Source of the DNA: an uncultured Clostridia bacterium
GTDB taxonomy: Bacteria > Bacillota > Clostridia > TANB77 > CAG-508
Length of the DNA stretch: 38,016 bases
Assembly: GCA_947589135.1 (NCBI GenBank)
Contig: CANPZT010000002.1
Coordinates: forward strand, 1 to 38,016
Reading direction: 5' to 3'
Part shown: piece after piece, positions 24,440-34,120 of the stretch
How positions within the stretch are numbered: the stretch's first letter is position 1
Layout: the number at the start of each line of letters is the position of its first letter
Made by a program: the position numbers and the translations under genes
The notes under the pieces: model-generated
What the model saw: the letters and a program-made list of their open reading frames with translations, nothing else
What the model was told of the DNA's origin: nothing
Database searches by the model: none

Positions 24440-26938
24440 TTAATCATCTACAATATCAGGATTATCCTCTAAAATCCTTTTCACAATATCTTGTTTTAAA
24501 TCAAAAGGAATTACATAACCATACAACGATTTTGCCTTTTCCCTTAAAGCCATACATCCCTTATTAACATATATTTTTGCCTTTCCCTTTCCGTTTTTAG
24601 CCTCTTGTACTAAATTTGCTACTGGTGAATGTCCATCAAAAGCAATTACAATTGACTTTCTACGCTCAAAAATTTCATAGTTAAAACTTTTATATATACC
24701 TAATTCTTCACTTTCTGTTGATATGCAAATTCCCTTCACTTGCTTATCTAATAATTTCTCTCTTGTTTCATCTGAAATCATTTTAGGAATAATTGCATCA
24801 ATTTCTATTTTTTTATTATATTCTTTTACTATTTCTACTAAGGCCTTTTCATATCCCTCCATCTGATGACCTATTATAAAGCATACTTTTTTTGGATTTA
24901 TACTACTTATTAATTCTTTTAATATTTTTTCTCCTTCCATCGTCATCTTTGTTGTTTTACCTTTTGAATTAAAACTTCCTCCTGCAATAATAATAGGGAT
25001 TTTATCTTCTGGTAATTTCTTAATTTTATCTTTTAATACTTTTTCTGAATCTAATTTTAAATTTATTCTTAAATCAGTTGTTAATTTACTTGATTTTTTT
25101 GTATTATCCTCTTCTAGTTCTAAAATTGCTTCTCTTATGCTTCTTCCATTTAAAAATTTTTCAAATTTCTTTTGTTTTGACTGGAAATATTTCTTACTAT
25201 TTTGTATAATTTCGTTTTCAACATTTGTCATTTTTTCCAAATCTTTATCTTCTAATCCTATTAAGTTGCTTAATGCTAGTTGCTCTTCTATTGTATCAAC
25301 TCCATAAAGTCCACACCCATCTGTTCCCTGTACACATTTAACACCATAATCTAAATATTTTTTTAATGGATGACGTTCTAATGAATTTAAATTATTTAAT
25401 CTTACATTTGATGTTATTTGAAATTCTAAAACTGTTCCTGATGATTTAATTTCACTAATTAGTATCCTTCCTTTTTCTGAATCTAAGTTAGGAGTATATA
25501 ATCCATGACCTATTCTTATTTTTGGAATAATACATCCTTCTGGTACCGCTTCTTTCACGCATTGAATTGCTTTTAAAACATTGTCTCTTAAGCTATCATT
25601 CTCTCCGGCATGAATTCTTATTGTAAAATTATTATCTTCAAAAATTGCATATTCTACAAGTTCTTTTATAACAGGACTTAATTCACTAATATCATTAATT
25701 TCCTCTCCTATAAAATCACTTCCTACAACATAAGGGCTCTTTGCTACTGCTTTCAATACATCTAAATTTTCTCTCAAATATGTTTCACTTGTTTTTTGGT
25801 CTTTAATAATTGTTAATGGAATCCTTCTAATTGCTGCTAGAAATCTTAATGCTACTCCTGTCTCTTTTTCTATTTTTGGCATTACTTCATGAACTTCTTC
25901 TAAAAATTCAATTGCAGGTAAACCTAGTTTTAATAAATCTGTATTTGCTATTTCAGCATATTCAATTCCTTGTTTTTTATATTCTCTTGCAATCCATAGT
26001 AATTTATCTTGTCTTATATTATTTGTTTCATATTGATTTCCTTTTTCATGATCTTTTAACATTTGTTTTATATAATTAATTATATCCTGTTCAGGAATTT
26101 TATTAATAGCTTCATCATTAAGATTAATTTTGTTTTCGCTCTCTATTCCTTTTGCAAAAATATATCTATATAAATATACTTTTTCTAAGTTTGTAAATAC
26201 TGCTTGCCCATCTTTTAAAATTGCTAAACTAGTCCTTATTTTCTTTATATTATAGTCTGCATTTTCCAAATTGTTTAGAATAAAATCTGCAAAATTAATA
26301 AAAGTATTGTCATCAATTCTTCTTGTTAAATATTTTCCTGTTAATTCTGAAAACTTAAATTGTTTTTCTACAATTTTTCTTTGTTCAAATATCTTTTCTT
26401 CTTGTTGTTTTGTCATTTTTAAATTTAATTTTTTAATGTAATATAAAGGATATTTTATTTGATGTACAATTCCAAGTGCAATTAATACATCTGGAGTAAG
26501 ATTTGCATTCATATGTGTATGTAAATCTGTTTTGAATTTATATTTTTTTAATATATAAGATTTAATAATTGTTTTTTCTATTGGTAATTCATAGTTTTTT
26601 GTTTGTGACATTAATGTTTTTGCAATAGCTGGTATTTTAGCTTTTATTTCAACTTTTCCATTTTCATAAATATTAGCAATTTTAATTCCACCTAATCTAA
26701 ATATGTATACTATTTCATTATCTGCATTAATACTAGCAGGTATTACGTCTTTAATTATTTTCATGTCATTTTCATCTTTAACTATCTCTACTTTACACAA
26801 TTTTGCTAAATTAGTAATTAAATTTCCAGTATTATGATTTGGCGTTCTTAATATATAATTAATCTCATCTTGATTTTCTTTATACAATTCCACAATGATA
26901 TCTTTTTCTTTATCTAAATAAAATTTATTTAATAACAT
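24440..26938 (-). CDS. 832-aa adenosine/AMP-deaminase-fold (amidohydrolase) protein with N-terminal extension, large insertion and C-terminal Rossmann-like domain
   Basis: ADA metal and catalytic motifs appear in order: DLHTHMNA (HxH), IRIHAGEND (HAGE), IRIGHG and VQGTDGCG (TDD-like). The C-terminal ~190 aa (IPIIIAGGSF...CFIIGHQ...IVIAFDGHSPVANLVQEA) look like an alpha/beta nucleotide-binding fold. Confidence 0.8.
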   Translation of the reverse strand: MLLNKFYLDKEKDIIVELYKENQDEINYILRTPNHNTGNLITNLAKLCKVEIVKDENDMKIIKDVIPASINADNEIVYIFRLGGIKIANIYENGKVEIKAKIPAIAKTLMSQTKNYELPIEKTIIKSYILKKYKFKTDLHTHMNANLTPDVLIALGIVHQIKYPLYYIKKLNLKMTKQQEEKIFEQRKIVEKQFKFSELTGKYLTRRIDDNTFINFADFILNNLENADYNIKKIRTSLAILKDGQAVFTNLEKVYLYRYIFAKGIESENKINLNDEAINKIPEQDIINYIKQMLKDHEKGNQYETNNIRQDKLLWIAREYKKQGIEYAEIANTDLLKLGLPAIEFLEEVHEVMPKIEKETGVALRFLAAIRRIPLTIIKDQKTSETYLRENLDVLKAVAKSPYVVGSDFIGEEINDISELSPVIKELVEYAIFEDNNFTIRIHAGENDSLRDNVLKAIQCVKEAVPEGCIIPKIRIGHGLYTPNLDSEKGRILISEIKSSGTVLEFQITSNVRLNNLNSLERHPLKKYLDYGVKCVQGTDGCGLYGVDTIEEQLALSNLIGLEDKDLEKMTNVENEIIQNSKKYFQSKQKKFEKFLNGRSIREAILELEEDNTKKSSKLTTDLRINLKLDSEKVLKDKIKKLPEDKIPIIIAGGSFNSKGKTTKMTMEGEKILKELISSINPKKVCFIIGHQMEGYEKALVEIVKEYNKKIEIDAIIPKMISDETREKLLDKQVKGICISTESEELGIYKSFNYEIFERRKSIVIAFDGHSPVANLVQEAKNGKGKAKIYVNKGCMALREKAKSLYGYVIPFDLKQDIVKRILEDNPDIVDD

Positions 26939-27139
26939 TTTTTTTTGTATAAAATATTTAATAACTTAAATATTTTATATTCTCCTTTCTATATTTTACT
27001 TTTTGCTGATTTTATCATATATATTTTATAATTTCAATTTAGATTTTCTTTATTTTTTAATAATATCTATTTTATAACTTAAAATCTTTATTTAATATTT
27101 TATCATATTGACTTATCTTTTCCATATATTAGTAAGGGG

Positions 27140-28210
27140 GTGTTTATGTTGTTTATTAAAACTATAAAAATCAGTAAAAAAATAATAATATTTACAACTA
27201 TTTTAATTTTTTTACTAGCCTCTATTATTTTATTTTATTCTTTTGCTAATACTGATTCATCAAATAATGATAACAATTTAAATATATCTGATAATTCTAC
27301 CAATTCTCATAATTCTGATGAAAATGACAATTCCGATAAAAAAAATGATTTTATTAAATGGGTCGATTTTAATGTAACATATGAGTTATTAGATAAAACA
27401 GCAAAATTAGATATTGATTCACATACTCAAAATTCTAATATAAAATATAATTGGATTGAACTCCTAGCTTATTTAGCTTGTAAGAATGGTGGCAACTTTA
27501 AAAATTTTAAACAAAAAGATTTAGATACATTACTATCTGAACTTCAAAAAGGTAAAACAATAGAAGATTTAACAAAAAATAATAAATATTACTCTTATTA
27601 TTATGAAAGTTATTCAGCTGCTTTAGGTGGTTTTATTGGTAACTATACAGTTGAAACAGAATTAGAAGATGGAACCAAAACATCTGAAGAAAAATATGGA
27701 TTAAAAGCTTTTTTGCCTATCGCTAAAAACTATGCATTTAGCCATTATGATGATTTCGGAAATAGCAGATCTTATGGATTTAAAAGGACTCATTTAGGAA
27801 ATGATTTAATGGGTAGTATTGGAACTCCAATTATAGCAGTTGAATCAGGAACAATAGAGCACTTAGGTTGGAATCAGTATGGCGGTTGGAGAATTGGAAT
27901 TAGAAGCTTTGATAAAAAAAGATATTATTATTATGCACATTTAAGAAAAAATCATCCTTATGCGGAAGGATTAGAAGAAGGGTATACTGTAAAAGCAGGA
28001 GAAATAATTGGATATCTTGGAATGACTGGATATAGTATAAAAGAAAATGTAAATAATATAAATGTTCCTCATTTACATTTTGGAATACAACTAGTTTTTG
28101 ATGAGTCACAAATAGATAGTGCAAATGAAGTATGGATTGATGTTTATAATATTATTGAATTTTTAAAGAAAAATCGCTCTAAAGGAATCAAAAGTGATAC
28201 GTCTTTTTGA
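27140..28210 (+). CDS. M23 family metallopeptidase with N-terminal membrane anchor
   Basis: HLGNDLMGSIGTPIIAVESGTI, YYYYAHL and VPHLHFGI. The likely real start is ATG 27146, after the AAGGGGG SD. Confidence 0.85.
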   Translation: MFMLFIKTIKISKKIIIFTTILIFLLASIILFYSFANTDSSNNDNNLNISDNSTNSHNSDENDNSDKKNDFIKWVDFNVTYELLDKTAKLDIDSHTQNSNIKYNWIELLAYLACKNGGNFKNFKQKDLDTLLSELQKGKTIEDLTKNNKYYSYYYESYSAALGGFIGNYTVETELEDGTKTSEEKYGLKAFLPIAKNYAFSHYDDFGNSRSYGFKRTHLGNDLMGSIGTPIIAVESGTIEHLGWNQYGGWRIGIRSFDKKRYYYYAHLRKNHPYAEGLEEGYTVKAGEIIGYLGMTGYSIKENVNNINVPHLHFGIQLVFDESQIDSANEVWIDVYNIIEFLKKNRSKGIKSDTSF

Positions 28211-28233
28211 TACACTTTTATATATGATTTATT

Positions 28234-28413
28234 TCAAATGTAATTAATAAATTTATCTAATGATGAATGCTAGTGAAATTATATTACAAATTATTTAGTT
28301 AACAAATGGGAGAATCTCAAACTTGCTTTGAGAGAGGCATATTTGTTAACTATAGAATTTGTTTATAATGTAGCGTAGCCGAAGAATTAGATAAATTTAT
28401 TAATTACATTTGA
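28234..28413. repeat. 180-nt imperfect palindrome (long hairpin) between convergent genes
   Basis: A perfect 28-bp outer stem (28234-28261 / 28386-28413), plus inner matching blocks (acaaatt, agttaacaaat, tctcaaa) around the centre cttgc at about 28324. Confidence 0.75.
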
Positions 28414-28460
28414 ATTTTTATAAAATATTAGTGTATTAAAAATTCCCATCCCTTTTAACA

Positions 28461-29612
28461 TTATTTTTTTCCTAATATTAAAGTTATTTCTTTATTAATT
28501 TTTCCTCTTTTTATTTGTAATTTTACTTGTTCCCCCGGATTTTTAGTATGAATATATTCTCTTAATTCATTCATTGTATTCAATTCTTTAGAGTCTATAT
28601 TTGTAATAATATCTCCTTCTTTTAATTCTGTATTGTCAGCTGGTCCATTTTTTGTAATTTGTGCCACATATATTCCTTTTTCTAAATTAATATTAAAAGT
28701 TGAATCCATATATGGTATAACTTCCTTATCATATGCATAAATTCCAATTGTTGCTTCTTGATATTGTCCTGTATTTTTAAAGCTTTCTATAATTGGTTTT
28801 ACAATATTTATTGGAATTGCAAACCCTATTCCTTCTGCTGATGATATTTTTACTGTATTTATTCCTATTACTTCACCATTAGGATAAATTAGTGGCCCAC
28901 CACTATTTCCTGGATTAATTGTTGCATCTGTTTGAATTAAATCTGTCATATATGATAATTTATTTTCTTCTTCTATTTTTATGGTTCTATTTTTTGCGCT
29001 AATAATTCCTGATGTTACTGTTCTTCTAAATTCAAAACCAATTGGATTTCCTATTGCATATACAGTTTCTCCTACTCGTATCTTACTAGAATCACCTAAA
29101 TCAACATATTTTAAATTTTTTGCATTTATTTTTGTAATTGATAAATCTAAATCTGAATCACTCCACATTACTATTCCATCATAATTATTTCCACTTTCTA
29201 AAGTAATATAGCATTTACTATATTTTTCACCTGTAACATGTTCATTACTAAGAATATATCCATTATCACTTACAATAATACCTGTCCCTATTCCTAATTC
29301 ATTTTCCGTACTTTTACTTAAAATAGTACTTCCTGTATTTTTTAATTTTGAAATTCCTACTACTTTTTCCGTTGTTTCTTCAATTATATCTGCAACTTTT
29401 TTACTATTTTCTTCTTCTTTTTCCACAGTTTCTTCTCTAATTGTGGATTGTATTCTTTGTGTTTCATATGAATTGTCACTTATTTCTATTCTGTTGTATG
29501 TAGCATACATATAAAACCCTAATATCCATAAAAACATTATAATTCCAAAAATAATTAAAATTCTTTTTTGTTTATTTTGTTTTTTATTTTTTCTCAAAAT
29601 ATGACACCTCAA
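28461..29612 (-). CDS. htrA: HtrA/DegP-family serine protease with PDZ domain
   Basis: N-terminal TM, a trypsin-like core with SNEHV and GNSGGPL, and a C-terminal PDZ-like segment. Confidence 0.9.
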   Translation of the reverse strand: MRCHILRKNKKQNKQKRILIIFGIIMFLWILGFYMYATYNRIEISDNSYETQRIQSTIREETVEKEEENSKKVADIIEETTEKVVGISKLKNTGSTILSKSTENELGIGTGIIVSDNGYILSNEHVTGEKYSKCYITLESGNNYDGIVMWSDSDLDLSITKINAKNLKYVDLGDSSKIRVGETVYAIGNPIGFEFRRTVTSGIISAKNRTIKIEEENKLSYMTDLIQTDATINPGNSGGPLIYPNGEVIGINTVKISSAEGIGFAIPINIVKPIIESFKNTGQYQEATIGIYAYDKEVIPYMDSTFNINLEKGIYVAQITKNGPADNTELKEGDIITNIDSKELNTMNELREYIHTKNPGEQVKLQIKRGKINKEITLILGKK

Positions 29613-29767
29613 AAATAGTTTTTCCCAATGCTATTTTTTTAAACATTTTTACTATTAAATTATTGCAATTTATTATACGCTATTAGTAAAATATTAATAT
29701 ATTCTTTATTTATAGCAATCCCTACAGCCAAATAAATTATAGATTATAACATTAAATCGCTATTCTA

Positions 29768-29797
29768 TTGACATTTTTGTTTAAAAAAATATATAAT
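29768..29797 (+). promoter_or_regulatory. Sigma-A-type promoter candidate for the NRPS operon
   Basis: TTGACA (29768-29773), an 18-nt spacer, then TATAAT (29792-29797), about 30 nt upstream of the NRPS start. Confidence 0.5.
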
Positions 29798-29818
29798 TTG
29801 ACTAGATAATTAATAAAG

Positions 29819-32800
29819 GTGAATATTATGGAAAATGAATTATATAATTTAACAAATCCTCAAAAAAGTATTTGGAATACAGAGTTATTTTTCAATGGTA
29901 CTAATATAAATAATATTTGTGGCACAATTAATTTATATGAACCACTAAACTTGAAAATTTTGAAAAAAGCATTACAACTAATAGTTGATGAAAATGACAA
30001 TTTTCACACAAATTTTGTATTAAAAGACGGAATAGTATTTCAATCTTTTAATAATAAAATAAATTTAAATATAGATATTGTAGAAATTAATAATGAACAA
30101 GAATTACATGAACTTGAAAATAATATAATATCTCATATCTTTAATATTTTAAACTCTGACTTATTTAGTATGACCATATTCAAATATCCAGATTCAACAG
30201 GGGGCGTAATTGTTCATATACATCATATTATTTCTGATTCCTGGACTTTAGGGTTAATTGCAAAAGAAATTGTAAACAAATATTATGCACTTTGTAATAA
30301 TACACCTATACAAACTAAAAATTATTCATATATAAATTATATAAATTCAGAAAAAAGTTATATTGAAAGTTCTAAATACATAAAAGACAAGGAATTCTGG
30401 CAAAAATATTTAAAAGATTTACCAGAACCTGTCACAATACCTAACAAATCAAATTTCAATAATGACTTTTCTTCTATCGGAAAAAGGAAAATATTTAAAT
30501 TAGATAATAAATACATCAAGAAAATAAAAGAATTTTGTGATATATATCATACTTCTTTATTTAGTTTTCTTATGTGTATTTATTCTATTTATATTGGAAA
30601 AGTTAATAATTCTACCGATTTTATTTTAGGAACTCCAATTTTAAATAGAATAAATTCTATACAAAAAAATACGATGGGAATGTTTATTAATACAATTCCT
30701 TTCAGAGTAAAAATAGAAGATGATTATAGTTTTATATATCTTTTAAATAACTTGTCTTTGAATTTTACTTCTCTTTTAAGGCATCAAAAACATTCTTACC
30801 AATATATATTAGAAGATTTAAGAAAAGAAGATCCAAAAATTCCTAACTTATATCAGATTTTGTTATCTTACCAAATTACTCAAATAAAAACTGATGATGA
30901 CATGAAGTATTCATCAGAGTGGAATTTTAATGGAAATGTTGCAGATGATATAGATATTCATTTCTTTGATTTGAACGATTGTGGTAGTATAAATATAGCA
31001 TATGATTATAAAACTTCAAAATATACAGATGAAGACATTACAGATATGCATTTTAGAATTTTACATATCATCTCTCAAGTAATTAATAATCCTGGCGTTT
31101 TCATTAGGGAAATCTCAATTACAACACCTAAAGAACTACAAGAAATTTTATCACTTTCTAGTAAAAATGATTGTGCCTATCCAAGTGATAAAACAATATC
31201 TCAACTATTTGAAGAACAAGTAAAACTTACACCAAATAATATTGCTGTAAAATTCAAAAATAAATCTTTAACATATGATGAATTAAATAGAAAATCAAAT
31301 AAAGTAGCACATTTTTTAAGAAACCTAGGAATTAAAGCAAATGATGTTGTTGCTATTAGACTAAATAAATCTCTTGAAATGGTAATAGGAATATTAGGAA
31401 TTATAAAAGCTGGAGGATGTTATTTACCAATTGACTTATCTTATCCTCAAGAAAGAGTATCTTTTATGTTAGAAGATAGTAATGCAAAGCTTTTTCTTAC
31501 AAATGAATTGCATAAGGATGATTTAGAGATTAACATTCCTTATTATTTATTAGATAACTCTTTTGATAATGAAAATTCTTCTAATTCAGAGGAAAACCTA
31601 GAATGTATTAATTCACCTGAAGATTTAATTTATATTATATATACATCTGGATCAACTGGTACTCCAAAAGGAGTTATGTTATGCCATAGAAATATTGTAC
31701 GCCTAATAAAAAATAAAGATTTCCAATTTGATTTTAATGAAGATGATGTTTGGACAATGTTCCATTCAGTAGCTTTTGATTTTTCAGTTTGGGAATTATA
31801 TGCATGCTTATTATATGGTTCAAAGTTAATTTTAGTACCAGAAACAACTGCAAAAGATCCTAAGAAATTTTTGCAATTATTGAGAGATGAAAAAGTAACA
31901 ATTTTAAATCAAACTCCTACTTATTTTTATAATTTACTAGATAGAGAATTGTTAAATGAAGATTCTACTTTATGTATTAGATATATTATATTTGGTGGAG
32001 AGGCTTTAAAGCCAAATCTAATAAAGCCATGGAAAGAAAAATATCCTTCTACAAAACTTATTAATATGTATGGAATTACTGAAACTACTGTGCATGTAAC
32101 ATTCAAAGAACTAAACGAGCAAGACTTACTATTATCTGACTCTAATATTGGAAAACCTATACCTACTTTGAAAGCATATGTAATGGATAAATACTTACAT
32201 ATATTGCCATATGGAATAGAAGGAGAAATGTGTGTAAGTGGTTTAGGAGTATGTAAAGGATATCTAAATAGACCAGAATTAAATGAAGAAAAATTTGTTG
32301 TCAATCCATATAATCCAGATGAGATTTTATACCATTCTGCTGATACTGCTATTCTTGATAAAAATGGAGATTTACATTATTTAGGTAGAATTGATAATCA
32401 AGTAAAAATAAGAGGATTTCGTATTGAAATTGGAGAAATAGAAACAAAATTATTAAAACATCCAAATATATCAAAATGTGTTGTTCTGCCTAAAAAAAAT
32501 GGAGATACAGATTCATATTTAGTAGCATATATCGTTGCTGATGAAGAATTATCTTCTAATGATTTAAAATTATATATTTCAAAACTTGTCCCTGAATATA
32601 TGATTCCTAGCTTTTTTGTATTTTTGAATAAAATGCCACTTACAAGCAATGGAAAAATAGACAGAAAAAAACTTTTAAATATGCAAATAAAAACCGAATC
32701 TAATACAAAATATATGGCTCCTAGAAATGATTTTGAGAAAACATTTTTAAAAATTTTGGAAAGCTCATTAAATATTTCTAATGTGGGAATAGATGACAAT

Positions 32801-34102
32801 ATTTTGGAACTTGGAGCAGACTCTCTAACTCTAATGAAGATTACTATTAAATTATTAGAAAAAAATTATATTGTTAACATACAAGATATATACGAATTTA
32901 AAACAATTAGAGGTATTTCAGATAATTTCACATTACCAAAAAAATCTAGTATTTATCAAAAAACAATTTCTGATAATAATCTATATTATAACTTTGAAGA
33001 GAGTTTTTCAAAATCAAAAATTGATGTAAAAAATATACTTCTTACTGGTTCTACTGGATTTTTGGGAATTCATATTCTTTATAATTTAATAAATAAAACG
33101 AATTCTAACATTTATTGTTTAATTCGTAGTAAAAATGGTCAAAGCCCAAAAGATAGATTGATACAAAAATTACGTTTTTATTTTAATGAAGATATTATTC
33201 AATTTATAGATAAAAGAATTCATGTAATATCTTCTGACATTTCAACACATCAATTTGGATTAGATGATAGAGAGTATAGAAATTTAGGTAAAAAAATTGA
33301 TTTAGTAATTCATTCAGCTGCCATTGTTGACCACTATGGAAATAGTGATTTATTCGAGTTGATTAATGTAACTGGTACTATTAATATTATAGAATTTTGT
33401 AAAAAGTTTTCTATATATCTTAATCATATTTCTACAACATCTATCTCAGCTTCTATTCCAGATGCACAAAAAGTAATAAAATTTGATGAACATACATTAT
33501 ATATTGGTCAAAATTATGAAGAAAATATTTATATAAAAACAAAATTTACAGCAGAATATAAAATATGGGAAGCAATTAATTCTGGTATGAAAATCTCTGT
33601 TTATCGTTTAGGAAACATTACGGCGAGATATTCAGACGGAGTATTTCAAGAAAATGATGACAAAAATGCATTTTTAAATAGAGTTATTACTCTTTCAAAA
33701 CTAAATAAGCTTCCTGAATCTTTCTCAAACTTTAAAGTAGATTTAAGCCCTGTTGATATATGTGCATCTATAATAACATCATCAATTTATTATAAAAGTA
33801 GCTATTCAAAAGTATTTCATATATACAATAATAAACAAATACCTATAATAGAATTAATAAAAACTATCAAAAAAGCCAATAAAGAAATATCTATTGTTTC
33901 TGATGAAGATTTTTATAAATATATAAAAAATAAATCTGATATTTTAGGTATTATAAATGACTTAACAAGTAATATTTCAAAATATAACTCAAATATTGCT
34001 ATAAAAAATAACTTTACGATTAATTATATGAAAAATTTCAATTTAGCTTGGCCTAAAATAGATGAAAATTATTTAACTAATTTTTTTGAAAAATATATTT
34101 AA
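29819..34102 (+). CDS. Single-module nonribosomal peptide synthetase, C-A-T-R (terminal thioester reductase)
   Basis: C domain HHIISDSW. A-domain cores IYTSGSTGTPKGV, FDFSVWE, NMYGITETT, GEMCVSGLGVCKGYL, YHSADTA, GRIDNQVKIRGFRIEIGEIE and NGKIDRKKL. PCP LGADSL. R domain LLTGSTGFLG. The likely start is ATG 29828. Confidence 0.93.
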   Translation: MNIMENELYNLTNPQKSIWNTELFFNGTNINNICGTINLYEPLNLKILKKALQLIVDENDNFHTNFVLKDGIVFQSFNNKINLNIDIVEINNEQELHELENNIISHIFNILNSDLFSMTIFKYPDSTGGVIVHIHHIISDSWTLGLIAKEIVNKYYALCNNTPIQTKNYSYINYINSEKSYIESSKYIKDKEFWQKYLKDLPEPVTIPNKSNFNNDFSSIGKRKIFKLDNKYIKKIKEFCDIYHTSLFSFLMCIYSIYIGKVNNSTDFILGTPILNRINSIQKNTMGMFINTIPFRVKIEDDYSFIYLLNNLSLNFTSLLRHQKHSYQYILEDLRKEDPKIPNLYQILLSYQITQIKTDDDMKYSSEWNFNGNVADDIDIHFFDLNDCGSINIAYDYKTSKYTDEDITDMHFRILHIISQVINNPGVFIREISITTPKELQEILSLSSKNDCAYPSDKTISQLFEEQVKLTPNNIAVKFKNKSLTYDELNRKSNKVAHFLRNLGIKANDVVAIRLNKSLEMVIGILGIIKAGGCYLPIDLSYPQERVSFMLEDSNAKLFLTNELHKDDLEINIPYYLLDNSFDNENSSNSEENLECINSPEDLIYIIYTSGSTGTPKGVMLCHRNIVRLIKNKDFQFDFNEDDVWTMFHSVAFDFSVWELYACLLYGSKLILVPETTAKDPKKFLQLLRDEKVTILNQTPTYFYNLLDRELLNEDSTLCIRYIIFGGEALKPNLIKPWKEKYPSTKLINMYGITETTVHVTFKELNEQDLLLSDSNIGKPIPTLKAYVMDKYLHILPYGIEGEMCVSGLGVCKGYLNRPELNEEKFVVNPYNPDEILYHSADTAILDKNGDLHYLGRIDNQVKIRGFRIEIGEIETKLLKHPNISKCVVLPKKNGDTDSYLVAYIVADEELSSNDLKLYISKLVPEYMIPSFFVFLNKMPLTSNGKIDRKKLLNMQIKTESNTKYMAPRNDFEKTFLKILESSLNISNVGIDDNILELGADSLTLMKITIKLLEKNYIVNIQDIYEFKTIRGISDNFTLPKKSSIYQKTISDNNLYYNFEESFSKSKIDVKNILLTGSTGFLGIHILYNLINKTNSNIYCLIRSKNGQSPKDRLIQKLRFYFNEDIIQFIDKRIHVISSDISTHQFGLDDREYRNLGKKIDLVIHSAAIVDHYGNSDLFELINVTGTINIIEFCKKFSIYLNHISTTSISASIPDAQKVIKFDEHTLYIGQNYEENIYIKTKFTAEYKIWEAINSGMKISVYRLGNITARYSDGVFQENDDKNAFLNRVITLSKLNKLPESFSNFKVDLSPVDICASIITSSIYYKSSYSKVFHIYNNKQIPIIELIKTIKKANKEISIVSDEDFYKYIKNKSDILGIINDLTSNISKYNSNIAIKNNFTINYMKNFNLAWPKIDENYLTNFFEKYI

Positions 34103-34120
34103 TAAAGGAGATTATTAATA

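Noticed and set aside
24440-26938. Calling the deaminase-fold protein a RADAR system (RdrB)
   Set aside because: No RdrA-like ATPase gene is adjacent on either side, and similarity to RdrB cannot be computed here. It is kept only as an orphan deaminase-fold candidate.
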